Of a stretch of DNA of 64,000 nucleotides, positions 1 to 8,904 are shown piece by piece; position 1 is the stretch's first letter, and every line of letters begins with the position of its first letter. The notes below the pieces were generated by a model, which made no database searches, was not told the DNA's origin, and saw only the letters and a list, made by a program, of their open reading frames with translations. This stretch comes from a virus: the IMG/VR virus record IMGVR_UViG_3300032132_000001, positions 42,573 to 106,572 of that record, one strand, 5' to 3'. A program made the translations under genes and the position numbers.

Positions 1-228
1 TTCAGCAAGATTGTTTACCTCGCTGCCAAATTGATCTTCATGGTCCATCAGGTACTTGACGACACTTTCTGTGCTATAGCCAGTGTCGCTATATTCACCT
101 GCCCAATGTTCCACATCTTCACCAAACAGGAGGACCTTCATCTCTTCGATGGTGGTCGGAACCTTATCGAACGCGACGATGAAGGAGGAAGAGGAGGAGT
201 TGGAGACGAAACCGTTTCTTGTCTTCAT
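1..228 (-). CDS. hypothetical protein, paralog A of tandem trio with conserved N-terminus MKTR(N/T)GFVSNSSSSSFIV; 3' end runs off window
   Basis: ATG at 226-228 immediately after stop of paralog B; revcomp reads MKTRNGFVSNSSSSSFIVAFDK. Confidence 0.45.
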   Translation of the reverse strand, partial: MKTRNGFVSNSSSSSFIVAFDKVPTTIEEMKVLLFGEDVEHWAGEYSDTGYSTESVVKYLMDHEDQFGSEVNNLAE

Positions 229-564
229 TTAATCATCACCTGCCGACTCGCAAACCACGTCGGGCCCAAGAGCCTTGACGAACTTATCGAATGCACAACT
301 TGGATAGTTGTACTCTGCATCTTCCGGAATTTCTTCGTCGATGCAGATCCAGTCGAGAGTTCCCTCTCCACCCATCCCGTTGAAGATGCCGAAGCTGACC
401 ACATCTCGACCGAGGAACTTGTGTTCAGAGACCGACATCCCTTTCATCATGGCTCTGATGTAGGAGTCGGAACCAGCCAACACCTTGTCGTAGTTCTCTT
501 TCGAGGTCATCACAATAAAAGAGGAAGATGAGCTGTTGCTTACGAATCCATTCCTAGTCTTCAT
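229..564 (-). CDS. hypothetical protein, paralog B (MKTRNGFVSNSSSSSFIV leader)
   Basis: internal ATG at 562-564 of track ORF 229..636 gives MKTRNGFVSN...; same 18-aa leader as neighbours. Confidence 0.5.
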   Translation of the reverse strand: MKTRNGFVSNSSSSSFIVMTSKENYDKVLAGSDSYIRAMMKGMSVSEHKFLGRDVVSFGIFNGMGGEGTLDWICIDEEIPEDAEYNYPSCAFDKFVKALGPDVVCESAGDD

Positions 565-868
565 CGGTGGTGTCCCCGTAGAACTCGTGCCAGTTATCGT
601 GTTCTGCCCAGCGGACCTCTTCCATGTCCACACCAATCTTCTCCATGAACTCTCTCATGTCGAAGTTGTCCATCCACGTCGAGCCCTTGAGATAGTTCTC
701 GTTAGATTCGATGGACCACACCTCATCATCTCGGATGTGCATGCCAACTTTCTTGGCCTTGAGCTGGTGCGATTCAATCTTCTTCACCTGCTTGCCAGTT
801 AGGGCATCTAGAGGGACGATAAAAGAGGAAGAGGAACTGTTGCTTACAAAGCCTGTTCGTGTTTTCAT
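554..868 (-). CDS. hypothetical protein, paralog C (MKTRTGFVSNSSSSSFIV leader)
   Basis: track ORF; N-terminal 18 aa near-identical to paralogs A/B, remainder divergent. Confidence 0.5.
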   Translation of the reverse strand: MKTRTGFVSNSSSSSFIVPLDALTGKQVKKIESHQLKAKKVGMHIRDDEVWSIESNENYLKGSTWMDNFDMREFMEKIGVDMEEVRWAEHDNWHEFYGDTTDED

Positions 869-1170
869 GATTCACCAAAGATCTTCTTCAGAAGATCCTC
901 CATTTCTGCCCGTACGGCCTCCGCTTTCTCACAGCAGGCGTCACATCGCCAGCCTTGCTCTGCCGTCCAACGCTCGTCAAAGTGCATCCGAGCAGAAGAA
1001 ACACGGGAGAGGACGTCGAGGTTCGCGCCGTGTGTGCCGAGCTGTTCCTGCACTTCTCGTGGGCAGTCGGAGTCGGCAACCCGTGGCATCCAATAGTGAA
1101 GGAGACCGCAAGTGCAGACGTGCGCATTCCACCAGAAACAGTCACCGTCGTGCTTGAGTGGTTTATTCAT
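865..1170 (-). CDS. Cys/His-rich hypothetical protein (putative zinc-binding)
   Basis: ATGA overlap with downstream gene; multiple C/H clusters. Confidence 0.45.
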   Translation of the reverse strand: MNKPLKHDGDCFWWNAHVCTCGLLHYWMPRVADSDCPREVQEQLGTHGANLDVLSRVSSARMHFDERWTAEQGWRCDACCEKAEAVRAEMEDLLKKIFGES

Positions 1171-1308
1171 AGATCCTTACCTTACCAGGCCATGCGTGGC
1201 CGCAACTAACCTGACCGCACCTGACCACACCACTTGATTGGAAGACCCTTACCTTGCCGTCCCGTACCTCACCCTGCGGCGCCGCGCCCAACCTAGCCGG
1301 GCCATGCC

Positions 1309-1683
1309 CTAGTAGAGTTGTAGGTCGCCGCAAATTGGGTCGATGTTGTCAGGATAATCGGGCCCGATTGAGCAGCATGTGTTAGTTGGTACCCCGCCAA
1401 ACTCGGTGAGCCCTCTATCGGTGATGAGCCAGGCAGACAGCCCTGCTTCTTTCGCAGCTTCGTAGACGGCTAAGAGGTCTTCTTCACTGCTGACCTTGCA
1501 GACGATCTTTTTGAAAGAGTTGTTGATCCAATCAACTTCTGCAGGTCTTAGATCTCTTCCACCGTCTTCACCTTTGAAAGCAGCGGACAGGAAAGCTATC
1601 GAGGCGTGGGAGCCTTGAGCGATCTCTTTCCCGCGCCTCATCTTGAGGTCTTTCCGGATGACGATTATCTGTTTAGGAACCAT
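1309..1683 (-). CDS. peptidyl-tRNA hydrolase, PTH2 family
   Basis: IVIRKDLKMRRGKEIAQGSHASIAF and C-terminal GGVPTNT... pattern typical of archaeal/eukaryotic-type Pth2. Confidence 0.65.
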   Translation of the reverse strand: MVPKQIIVIRKDLKMRRGKEIAQGSHASIAFLSAAFKGEDGGRDLRPAEVDWINNSFKKIVCKVSSEEDLLAVYEAAKEAGLSAWLITDRGLTEFGGVPTNTCCSIGPDYPDNIDPICGDLQLY

Positions 1684-1731
1684 GCCTTACCTATCCACGC
1701 CTCAACTCACCGTGCCTAGCAGTGCCACTGC

Positions 1732-2094
1732 TTATTGGCAATCGCAGGATGGCGGTGATCCAATGCACCCACACTTCTTGCACTGGTCAGGGCCGGGTCC
1801 CACCTTTTCTGCTGTTATAGTGAATTTGTATTCCCCTAGGTCGTCGATGCCCAGGGCTCTCATTATATCATTTGGATAGAGGACTGATCTAGAGATGTGG
1901 TCGATGTCCTCTACTTCGATCCCCATCGTCCTGCGATAGAAATCATCCTCCCGGAGCATCTCCTTCTCCATTTCCATGTCTTTGTCGTACTTCTCACCCA
2001 TCACAGCACGCATGTCTTCCTCTGGAATACCAGCCCAGATGAAGCACTCCATGTCACCACTGCAATAACCACGGAAAGAGATTGGATTACTCAT
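1732..2094 (-). CDS. hypothetical protein
   Basis: track ORF trimmed to ATG 2092-2094 so it abuts rather than overlaps tRNA-Asp. Confidence 0.4.
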   Translation of the reverse strand: MSNPISFRGYCSGDMECFIWAGIPEEDMRAVMGEKYDKDMEMEKEMLREDDFYRRTMGIEVEDIDHISRSVLYPNDIMRALGIDDLGEYKFTITAEKVGPGPDQCKKCGCIGSPPSCDCQ

Positions 2095-2171
2095 TGGCGA
2101 GGATGACCGGACTCGAACCGGCAACCTCCGGCTCGACAGGCCGGCGCACTAACCAATTGTGCTACATCCCC
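2095..2171 (-). tRNA. tRNA-Asp (anticodon GTC), CCA encoded
   Basis: hand-folded cloverleaf: acceptor GGGGATG/CATCCTC, anticodon stem CCGGC/GCCGG, loop CTGTCGA. Confidence 0.85.
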
Positions 2172-2195
2172 ACATGTGCCCCTTAGGCACGCTTT

Positions 2196-2561
2196 TTAGC
2201 TTTGCTTAGATACGCCCGATTTGAATTCCCCCCAGGCGATGACGGCCATGATTTCCGCTAGAGGTTTATCTTGGTGGAATCTTTTCATCCAACTTGTGGA
2301 AAAAGCCCCTTCCCTGAACCTCTGTGCAATCTCTCTTAGCCTATCATTGCTGATTGGATCAGCAATCTTCTTCAGGTCAGATGATACCAGAGATTTCGCG
2401 AACAACACAGCTAAATCTCGCTCACCCTCGTTGATCAGCGACCAGATAAGGTCAATCAGCTCAGTCGCTTTTGGCTCAACCGGCTTCGGGTTAGCTTTTG
2501 CAAGCTCTAGCAGTTCCCTTACCTTCTCTCGTCTAGTATTGCCCGTTAGAATAATCATCAT
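2196..2561 (-). CDS. hypothetical protein
   Basis: track ORF, start moved to MMIILTGN ATG at 2559-2561. Confidence 0.4.
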   Translation of the reverse strand: MMIILTGNTRREKVRELLELAKANPKPVEPKATELIDLIWSLINEGERDLAVLFAKSLVSSDLKKIADPISNDRLREIAQRFREGAFSTSWMKRFHQDKPLAEIMAVIAWGEFKSGVSKQS

Positions 2562-2640
2562 GGATACTCTGTTTGATGGAACTATAGCCGTACCAGGCAA
2601 AGCCAATGATGCCCGCTGCGATCAGAAGTCCATTAATCAT
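2533..2640 (-). CDS. possible 35-aa single-pass membrane peptide (MINGLLIAAGIIGFAWYGY...)
   Basis: short ORF with hydrophobic helix between two genes; below track size cutoff. Confidence 0.25.
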   Translation of the reverse strand: MINGLLIAAGIIGFAWYGYSSIKQSIHDDYSNGQY

Positions 2641-3364
2641 TCTTTTTCGCCTTTTCTAGTTTCTTGGCTATCTTCTCAAACTCTTTCATCGAGATAGCTT
2701 TGTGCTCTAACTCCCACGCTCTTATTTTCTTCTTCTTACCGTCTTGGAATTCTACCTCGATGTTGGCGCGGTCGTCCATTTCAGACGTGATTGTGACCTC
2801 TACGCCAGCGTTGATGCCTTGCTTGCGCTCTTCTTCTCGCTTCCAGTTCTCATCCAGATTGCAAGGGTAGGGAGCGTGCCAGTATTTCTTACCGACGTCT
2901 AGTTTCATAGACCAAGGCGACCTGAACACGACCTCCTTGATGATCATTCCTTCTAGGAAGCCTTGCTCTACGTCCTTGTCGTCGTAGTCCCAAATCTCGG
3001 ATGCTTTCATGTCGTTGGGCCCGCCGAGGTACCGGCCGCCAAGCGCAATGAAACCGAATCCGTGGATATATCCGCCGGGGAATCCTAGCTTATCGATAAC
3101 GAACCGATGGCGTCGAGTACCTTCATCGGAAACTTCACAACCTGGTAGTTTCCAATATCGCTTAGACCACTCGTCGAAAGTAGTATGGCCACCCTCAATC
3201 AGTAGAGCACTGATTGGGCTAACCCTATGGTGACCCTCTCTCTTGTAAGTCCAACCGTAGTTGCTCGGTGGAAGAGTCAGATCAAATCCGATCTTCTCGT
3301 ACGCAGCTTTGATCCGTTCAGGGGTGAGACGCATCTTTTTTCTAGGCATCGATCTTTCCTGCAA
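2633..3364 (-). CDS. hypothetical protein (Lys/Glu-rich C-terminus)
   Basis: 243-aa track ORF, coding-like composition. Confidence 0.5.
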   Translation of the reverse strand: MQERSMPRKKMRLTPERIKAAYEKIGFDLTLPPSNYGWTYKREGHHRVSPISALLIEGGHTTFDEWSKRYWKLPGCEVSDEGTRRHRFVIDKLGFPGGYIHGFGFIALGGRYLGGPNDMKASEIWDYDDKDVEQGFLEGMIIKEVVFRSPWSMKLDVGKKYWHAPYPCNLDENWKREEERKQGINAGVEVTITSEMDDRANIEVEFQDGKKKKIRAWELEHKAISMKEFEKIAKKLEKAKKND

Positions 3365-3839
3365 AAGCGATCACCTTGTCCGAACACTCAGGGTCAGATA
3401 GGGAGATCTCCTCTCGCTCTTGGATGTCAAGAGTAGGGTTGGTGCCATTCCAGTATCTAGCCTTCTTTTGCCCAGGCTTGACGTGGAGAGCAAGGATATT
3501 CCAGGTTCCATCTTTCTCGATCAGCCGGAACCCTACAGATGGATGGTCTTTGAGCCAGTTGGGGTGGTTGATTAGTTCTTTGTCCGCAACCACATAGTGC
3601 CATTCCCCTTCCTTCTTGGTGACCCAGAGCCACCTGAGGTGAGGATAAGCTTCCTCGATCTTCTCACGGAGATCGGTCATATAGTCGGAGATAATTGGGT
3701 TTGGATGTAGCATTGTGGGTCCAATTGTAATTATGTCATCCCAACAGATGAAGGGGCCTGCATGCCTTACCCCTGTCTTGAGGAATGGAACATCTAGCCT
3801 GCACCCGTCACAGATGCGTCCCAACATGCCACGGGTCAT
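3342..3839 (-). CDS. hypothetical protein; 14-mer CCGTGGCATGTTGG overlaps its start (alternative start MLGRICDG)
   Basis: track ORF; motif at 3821-3834. Confidence 0.5.
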   Translation of the reverse strand: MTRGMLGRICDGCRLDVPFLKTGVRHAGPFICWDDIITIGPTMLHPNPIISDYMTDLREKIEEAYPHLRWLWVTKKEGEWHYVVADKELINHPNWLKDHPSVGFRLIEKDGTWNILALHVKPGQKKARYWNGTNPTLDIQEREEISLSDPECSDKVIAFAGKIDA

Positions 3840-4126
3840 AGGCGTTGGGCTATGAAGTCCAGCACTTCTTGTTTTCTTGGCCCATGGATGACTTGATGTT
3901 TCAACTTTCTGGTCCAGGTGGGCGTCAAGATCTGAGCAACCACTGGTTCGTCGTATCGTCGCCCCTTCTTATCTCTAAGGTGGCAGACGTACTCGAAATC
4001 AGACTCAGCCGGGAGGGCCAGTCTGATACAGTTCAGTTGTGTATTGGGGTTGCTTAGATCTTCTTTAGTCAGCGGGCGGTTATTTTCTTCTCCGCCTGCG
4101 ATCCCAATCAACTCAAACATCATCAT
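3836..4126 (-). CDS. hypothetical protein
   Basis: track ORF MMMFELIG..., ATGA-type overlap with next gene. Confidence 0.45.
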   Translation of the reverse strand: MMMFELIGIAGGEENNRPLTKEDLSNPNTQLNCIRLALPAESDFEYVCHLRDKKGRRYDEPVVAQILTPTWTRKLKHQVIHGPRKQEVLDFIAQRL

Positions 4127-4131
4127 CCCCC

Positions 4132-4208
4132 TGGTACGCCCGGCAGGATTCGAACCTGCAACCTACGCCTTAGGAGGGCGTCGCTCTATCCAGTTGAGCT
4201 ACGAGCGC
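4132..4208 (-). tRNA. tRNA-Arg (anticodon CCT), CCA encoded
   Basis: cloverleaf GCGCTCGTAGCTCAACTGGATAGAGC...; anticodon stem ACGCC/GGCGT, loop CTCCTAA. Confidence 0.85.
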
Positions 4209-4209
4209 T

Positions 4210-4707
4210 TCAGTATTTAGATACCGACTCATCTTGTTCGGTTGGACCCTCGTTTGTGCAATCGAGGAGTTCTCTTTTCTTTTCTTCGATGACCTTCTTC
4301 AGAGTCGGACCTGCCATCCTCTCCACGGTGGAGGTGAGGATGCGCACCGCACGCTCAAGACGCAAGTTGCTGTCAGTGAGAAGCTTGTTGTCTTCTCTCA
4401 TGTTAGCAACCTCTTCCCTGAGCCCTCGCACTTCCACTTGCAAGCCCGTCATCATTTCAGAACCGGGCTTCAACGCAACTGGTTCAACGTCGTTCGGGTC
4501 TATAGGGGCGAAGTGCGCATGTGGGTTCCTCTTGATGACCAATGGATAGCCATGGCATGAGTTACCCTCTTTCACCAGGCCCCACCCATGCTTACCCATC
4601 CAGTGCCACAAGTCTCCAGTGGACACCTCGTGCGGCTTGGCTTCCATAAAACCGTGGGGGATGGAAATATGCTGCATGCCATGCGCTGTGTGGCGTAATA
4701 CTTCCAT
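4210..4707 (-). CDS. hypothetical protein with C-terminal coiled-coil
   Basis: 165-aa track ORF ending 1 nt from tRNA-Arg. Confidence 0.5.
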   Translation of the reverse strand: MEVLRHTAHGMQHISIPHGFMEAKPHEVSTGDLWHWMGKHGWGLVKEGNSCHGYPLVIKRNPHAHFAPIDPNDVEPVALKPGSEMMTGLQVEVRGLREEVANMREDNKLLTDSNLRLERAVRILTSTVERMAGPTLKKVIEEKKRELLDCTNEGPTEQDESVSKY

Positions 4708-4961
4708 CAGACGTACCTCTTATCATGCTTGTCGTATGCTTTGTTCAGTTCGTCCCATCCCAGGAGAACTGTCCCTATATTTGGCGGGGTAAAAGCGGTG
4801 CAGTTGCCACAAACGGCAGGTCCGCACTTCTTCCACTCTCCGTGGATTTGTACTTCGAACTGGAAGGTCCACCCTCTACTGTGGTCGGCAGAAGGTATCT
4901 TATGTAGGTTTCGGACTATGAATATCCCGACAGTGTATGGACCTTCTAATTTGTTGGTCAC
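4707..4961 (-). CDS. hypothetical protein
   Basis: track ORF. Confidence 0.4.
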   Translation of the reverse strand: MTNKLEGPYTVGIFIVRNLHKIPSADHSRGWTFQFEVQIHGEWKKCGPAVCGNCTAFTPPNIGTVLLGWDELNKAYDKHDKRYV

Positions 4962-5338
4962 CTAAGATTCTCCGGGATTTCCACATCGACAGCCTCAATG
5001 TCCCACAGGCTGTGTTCTAGGTCGTAGTCATCGCTATCCTTGATCGGCGCACTCTTGAAGAGGCCGAGCATGATCTCGTGCTCACAAGTCGAAATACAGT
5101 CGCACGGCACGATTTCAATGCAATACTTCCTCGGTTTCTCATCATAGCGGCGTCCTTTCTTGATGTCGCCTTCGATGAAGTTGTGATCGAGGCAGCGGAT
5201 AAAGACGCTATAGATGGCTGCTTCTTTGGGAGACACCGCAGTGTCAGAAGTGACGAAGAAGTCATCTCCCACTTGGATGATGTTATCGGGGTTGATCCAG
5301 CCCTCTTCCTCAGGCTGGAGCCCTCTTATTTCTTTCAT
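4958..5338 (-). CDS. hypothetical protein
   Basis: track ORF. Confidence 0.45.
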   Translation of the reverse strand: MKEIRGLQPEEEGWINPDNIIQVGDDFFVTSDTAVSPKEAAIYSVFIRCLDHNFIEGDIKKGRRYDEKPRKYCIEIVPCDCISTCEHEIMLGLFKSAPIKDSDDYDLEHSLWDIEAVDVEIPENLR

Positions 5339-5846
5339 CTAAATCCATTAGTTTACGTACTGCAGCGATGTCGGTCTCGCGGATTAGCTTCTCATATTTA
5401 GATCGAGCCCGTCGCATCTCCTGGTCAACGATGCGCGCTCGGTCTACTAGATCTAACGTTGTTTGGATCGTCTTCTCTTGACATTTTGGATCGGCAAGTG
5501 GAATAAGGTCGATCTGGAAATATTCTAAATCGGTAGGTTTACCATGTTCGTCTACTCCACAATTGTGCTCAAATGCCACTTTCACAGATTCTAGAACAAA
5601 ATCTTGGTATGATTCAGTCCCTTCTAGAACGACCCAAATAGAGTTGAGATAAGGCCAAGGGTCTATATTCAGATCCCTTGCGCGGATTGAATAGCCCAGG
5701 TATTCTGGGTCATCGTTCCATTCGTCATTGACTTTCAGCCCGTGAGATCGGAGTTCGTCAATAATCTCTGTCATGAACTCGGATCCGATTAAGTAGCGCT
5801 CAGTCCAGAGGCGCTCGCTTTCGTAATCTCGCTCTTTATCGCTCAT
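5310..5846 (-). CDS. hypothetical protein
   Basis: track ORF. Confidence 0.5.
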   Translation of the reverse strand: MSDKERDYESERLWTERYLIGSEFMTEIIDELRSHGLKVNDEWNDDPEYLGYSIRARDLNIDPWPYLNSIWVVLEGTESYQDFVLESVKVAFEHNCGVDEHGKPTDLEYFQIDLIPLADPKCQEKTIQTTLDLVDRARIVDQEMRRARSKYEKLIRETDIAAVRKLMDLDERNKRAPA

Positions 5847-6402
5847 GGTGACTTAGGTCGTGATCTGGTCCGAGCATAATCTTCATGCCTCGGATATCGA
5901 GCTTGTCTTTCCTAGATTCTATCTTTCTCCTCTTGGGTTCGAAACTGTCCAACACCTTTTGCGCATTGGACTTCAAACCAGTAAAAGTGGTGACCACTTT
6001 CTGGAAGAACTCAGGATCAGCGATGTGGATATCATCTACCTTGAAGAGCTGTGTCTCTCTTCCATCTCCTAGCCTAGCCTGCAGGTAGATCTCTACGTTG
6101 TCCCAGTGCGTCGGGACCGAGACAGCAGTAAAAACCTGTTGCAAACCATTGCCATAGAGGTTAAGCTCCACGGCGACACAATAGCTGGAAGCCACGCTCA
6201 TTTGGAACGCGTTTACTCTGATGGAGAAATCACTCCCTTCGTGGAAGCTTCGTTCCCAGATGTTCCATCCAGTGCAAACACGATTCTTTTCTACCACTTC
6301 GGCGGCTTCAAGATAGTCTAGGATCTCCTCTAGGATGGTACAACCCATCCTGATCGCTTCAGGGCAATCAGAACCATCTAGATCGTAATATTCTCGCTGC
6401 AT
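5836..6402 (-). CDS. hypothetical protein
   Basis: track ORF. Confidence 0.5.
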   Translation of the reverse strand: MQREYYDLDGSDCPEAIRMGCTILEEILDYLEAAEVVEKNRVCTGWNIWERSFHEGSDFSIRVNAFQMSVASSYCVAVELNLYGNGLQQVFTAVSVPTHWDNVEIYLQARLGDGRETQLFKVDDIHIADPEFFQKVVTTFTGLKSNAQKVLDSFEPKRRKIESRKDKLDIRGMKIMLGPDHDLSHHER

Positions 6403-7199
6403 GTCACTGGCTCCGCACCTCTGAAGATGACCTCTATCTTGTTGGTCACCTTATCGAAGGGTGGCATATCGATGATCTCGTACTCGGTGCGAGCAACAGA
6501 AAGACCAGGATTGTTATGAGCTTCGTGCTTTGGCGGGAGCCTGTCGATCTCGTTGGCAGAGAAGGGTCGCTCTATGACCCTCTTCTGAACCCATGTCCCG
6601 CGCTTGAAGAACGCTGGGTAGTCGTTCCAGTTGATGCCCGCAGCGTGGAGCATCTCCTGCATCTCAGTTCCGTTCTTCTTGAAGAGCTGCTTGTGTGAGT
6701 ACTCCTCTCTTGCAGCCATAGCCACCGAGTTCTTGGTGGCATCCCTCTCCCGCCACAGAAGATAGTTCGCGGCCTCAACGAGGTTTGGAACGACCCAGAC
6801 GCGGCAATCGAAGAAAGCGAGACGACCAGCACGCTCTGTGATGAACTCAGGTACCATCTCGTTGAAGTGGGCTGTCGCCATAGAAGAGAGGATCGAAACC
6901 ATCTTCTGGACTTTGCCATCCATGAAGATCTGGCTCTTGTAGCTGTCACTGTGCCAGACGAGTGAGATCTCATCAGACTGTGTGTACCCCACACAAGCTC
7001 CAGTCTCCTTCACCAAACGAAGGGTTACCCCTTGCATGATGTGAGTCAACCTCTCATCGTACGGGCGCTCCAGTCCACGTGTCCAAGAGCTGAACGTCTT
7101 ACCGTCGATACGGGCGCAGACCGGAAGGAGGGGCAGGAACTTCCCAGTCCCTGCCCGCTCGTATTCCTTCATCCGGTCCCCGAGATTATCGCTGCTCAT
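6378..7199 (-). CDS. Thg1-like 3'-5' nucleotidyltransferase (tRNA-His guanylyltransferase superfamily)
   Basis: RIDGKTF..KP.DERL...YTQSDEISLV...FDCRVWVVP...YLLWRERDATKN parallels Thg1 motifs (RxDG..F, YGQSDExS, FDxRV, YLxWRQxDxxxNN). Confidence 0.75.
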   Translation of the reverse strand: MSSDNLGDRMKEYERAGTGKFLPLLPVCARIDGKTFSSWTRGLERPYDERLTHIMQGVTLRLVKETGACVGYTQSDEISLVWHSDSYKSQIFMDGKVQKMVSILSSMATAHFNEMVPEFITERAGRLAFFDCRVWVVPNLVEAANYLLWRERDATKNSVAMAAREEYSHKQLFKKNGTEMQEMLHAAGINWNDYPAFFKRGTWVQKRVIERPFSANEIDRLPPKHEAHNNPGLSVARTEYEIIDMPPFDKVTNKIEVIFRGAEPVTCSENITI

Positions 7200-7524
7200 T
7201 CTCTTCTACCCACTTGAGGAAAGATGCTTTCATTGCAGGTTTGTTGTTTGTGTACTGGACGCATAGGCGGAACAAAGAGATGTTAGACACCATAGATGTT
7301 CCAAGCATATCTGTTTCCCTGATTTTCTTCAGCAAAAGCTGAAGCTCTGGCCTATATACGGCGATGCCTTCATCTACTTTCTTTTGGTAAGCATCGGTGA
7401 AATTTTCGCCGTCATAGTATTCACTGTCTACTGGTTGCCCTTCAGGGAAGATTGGCCTGAAGATTGTATTGATCGCATCCTCCTCGGCCTTATTCGGCAT
7501 TGGAAGGGGGAACTTGATCTCCAT
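7186..7524 (-). CDS. hypothetical protein
   Basis: track ORF. Confidence 0.4.
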   Translation of the reverse strand: MEIKFPLPMPNKAEEDAINTIFRPIFPEGQPVDSEYYDGENFTDAYQKKVDEGIAVYRPELQLLLKKIRETDMLGTSMVSNISLFRLCVQYTNNKPAMKASFLKWVEENEQR

Positions 7525-8200
7525 CTTTTTCCTTTTTCTCTGGGAGTTTCCACTCTAGGCCAGGGATCTCGAAGATGATGTCTTCGGGGCGACCACGCAT
7601 CATTTCATCCAGACAGACGTGAACAGTGCGGTGACCCTTCACCTGGAACTCTTTCTTCTGGTGATAGTGACCGAAGATCCAATACTCAGGCTTCCACCCC
7701 TCCCACTCCCACATCTGCTGGAACACAGCTTCGTTGCAGGAAACATAGTCGATCTTCAGCGCTGAGTTGGCAACCCAGGGCTTAGCGTCACTGTGGATTT
7801 CATGGGTGACCACAATACGAGGCTTGACCTCTTGGTACAAAGCCAAAGCAGCCATAGCTTGGGCGTAGGTCAGCTCTTCATCCGGCCACCAGTCCCGACC
7901 AATGGTCCGGTGCATGTGGTCGATAGAGTATCCGCCACCAGCGTAGAAGATCCCGGTGTGCTCATCGTACCCAAAATCACCAAGATAGTGGGACGCCCGC
8001 TTGCAGACCGAAGGATTGTCATGGTTGCCCCGGATGAAGCGATGCATCTTAGGATCGCGCTTTCCGAGCTTGTGCAGATTCCCACCCCGGAATAGCCCAA
8101 AGTCACCAACCTGGAGACTGTGCTTTCCTTCTTCGGTCAGTCGCTTTGTCAGCTTCCGCCATTGATTGTACTTGCCGTGCACATCACCGATGAAGATCAT
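7490..8200 (-). CDS. calcineurin-like metallophosphoesterase (PPP/ApaH-like fold)
   Basis: N-terminal IFIGDVHGK, later GNHD and GHYH metal-binding motifs. Confidence 0.7.
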   Translation of the reverse strand: MIFIGDVHGKYNQWRKLTKRLTEEGKHSLQVGDFGLFRGGNLHKLGKRDPKMHRFIRGNHDNPSVCKRASHYLGDFGYDEHTGIFYAGGGYSIDHMHRTIGRDWWPDEELTYAQAMAALALYQEVKPRIVVTHEIHSDAKPWVANSALKIDYVSCNEAVFQQMWEWEGWKPEYWIFGHYHQKKEFQVKGHRTVHVCLDEMMRGRPEDIIFEIPGLEWKLPEKKEKDGDQVPPSNAE

Positions 8201-8904
8201 TTTCCATATACCCTTCGAACGAAGTCCTCCACGAACGGTCCGATCTTATCGCTGTTGCGGTGGACTTCAAACTCGTCTAGCTTGATCGTATTTTTCTGGA
8301 TTGTAGTTTCCAGATCTGTGGAAATCTCATGCTGCCCTTGGACAACAGCTGTTTCTAAGAATTCGATTTTCACTGTGTCCCTGATCGTAGACTTGGAATC
8401 AAGATAGGCTTGCCCCATAGTCCCAGGATGAGAATACCAGATCAGAGGCATAGTCATGACCGAGATCTTCTCATCTTCGATCTGATTGACAGGAGTCATA
8501 GTCTGGAGACCCATGGCGAGCTTGAACCTCTCAATAGTCTTCTCTGCCTTTGGGAAAAGAAGACATACCAGCTGGCCTAGATGCTCATAGAGGTGGAATT
8601 CGAACCACTCGGCTGGCTTGTTTTCAGACCAGTACCGAATGTGATCTACAATCGGACCGGCATGTGAATGCACGATAACCGGATTTGAGGTGTTAGTTGC
8701 CTCATCTAGCATCCAGATGAGCGCATCACATTGTGTCAGCATCTCGTGCTTGTCTAGATCTGCTTTCTGTAGCTCCTCCTCTGAGAGAAGGTGGCCAGAT
8801 TCCCCCACTAGAAGCGGGACATAGGAGATGCAGACGTATTTTCCCTCAGGCATCGAACACTTCCTGAAATGGGCCGATGAACTGCTTATCATCGGAGGTG
8901 TCAA
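8197..8904 (-). CDS. hypothetical protein (possible hydrolase)
   Basis: track ORF; VIVHSHAGPIV segment. Confidence 0.4.
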   Translation of the reverse strand: MTPPMISSSSAHFRKCSMPEGKYVCISYVPLLVGESGHLLSEEELQKADLDKHEMLTQCDALIWMLDEATNTSNPVIVHSHAGPIVDHIRYWSENKPAEWFEFHLYEHLGQLVCLLFPKAEKTIERFKLAMGLQTMTPVNQIEDEKISVMTMPLIWYSHPGTMGQAYLDSKSTIRDTVKIEFLETAVVQGQHEISTDLETTIQKNTIKLDEFEVHRNSDKIGPFVEDFVRRVYGK

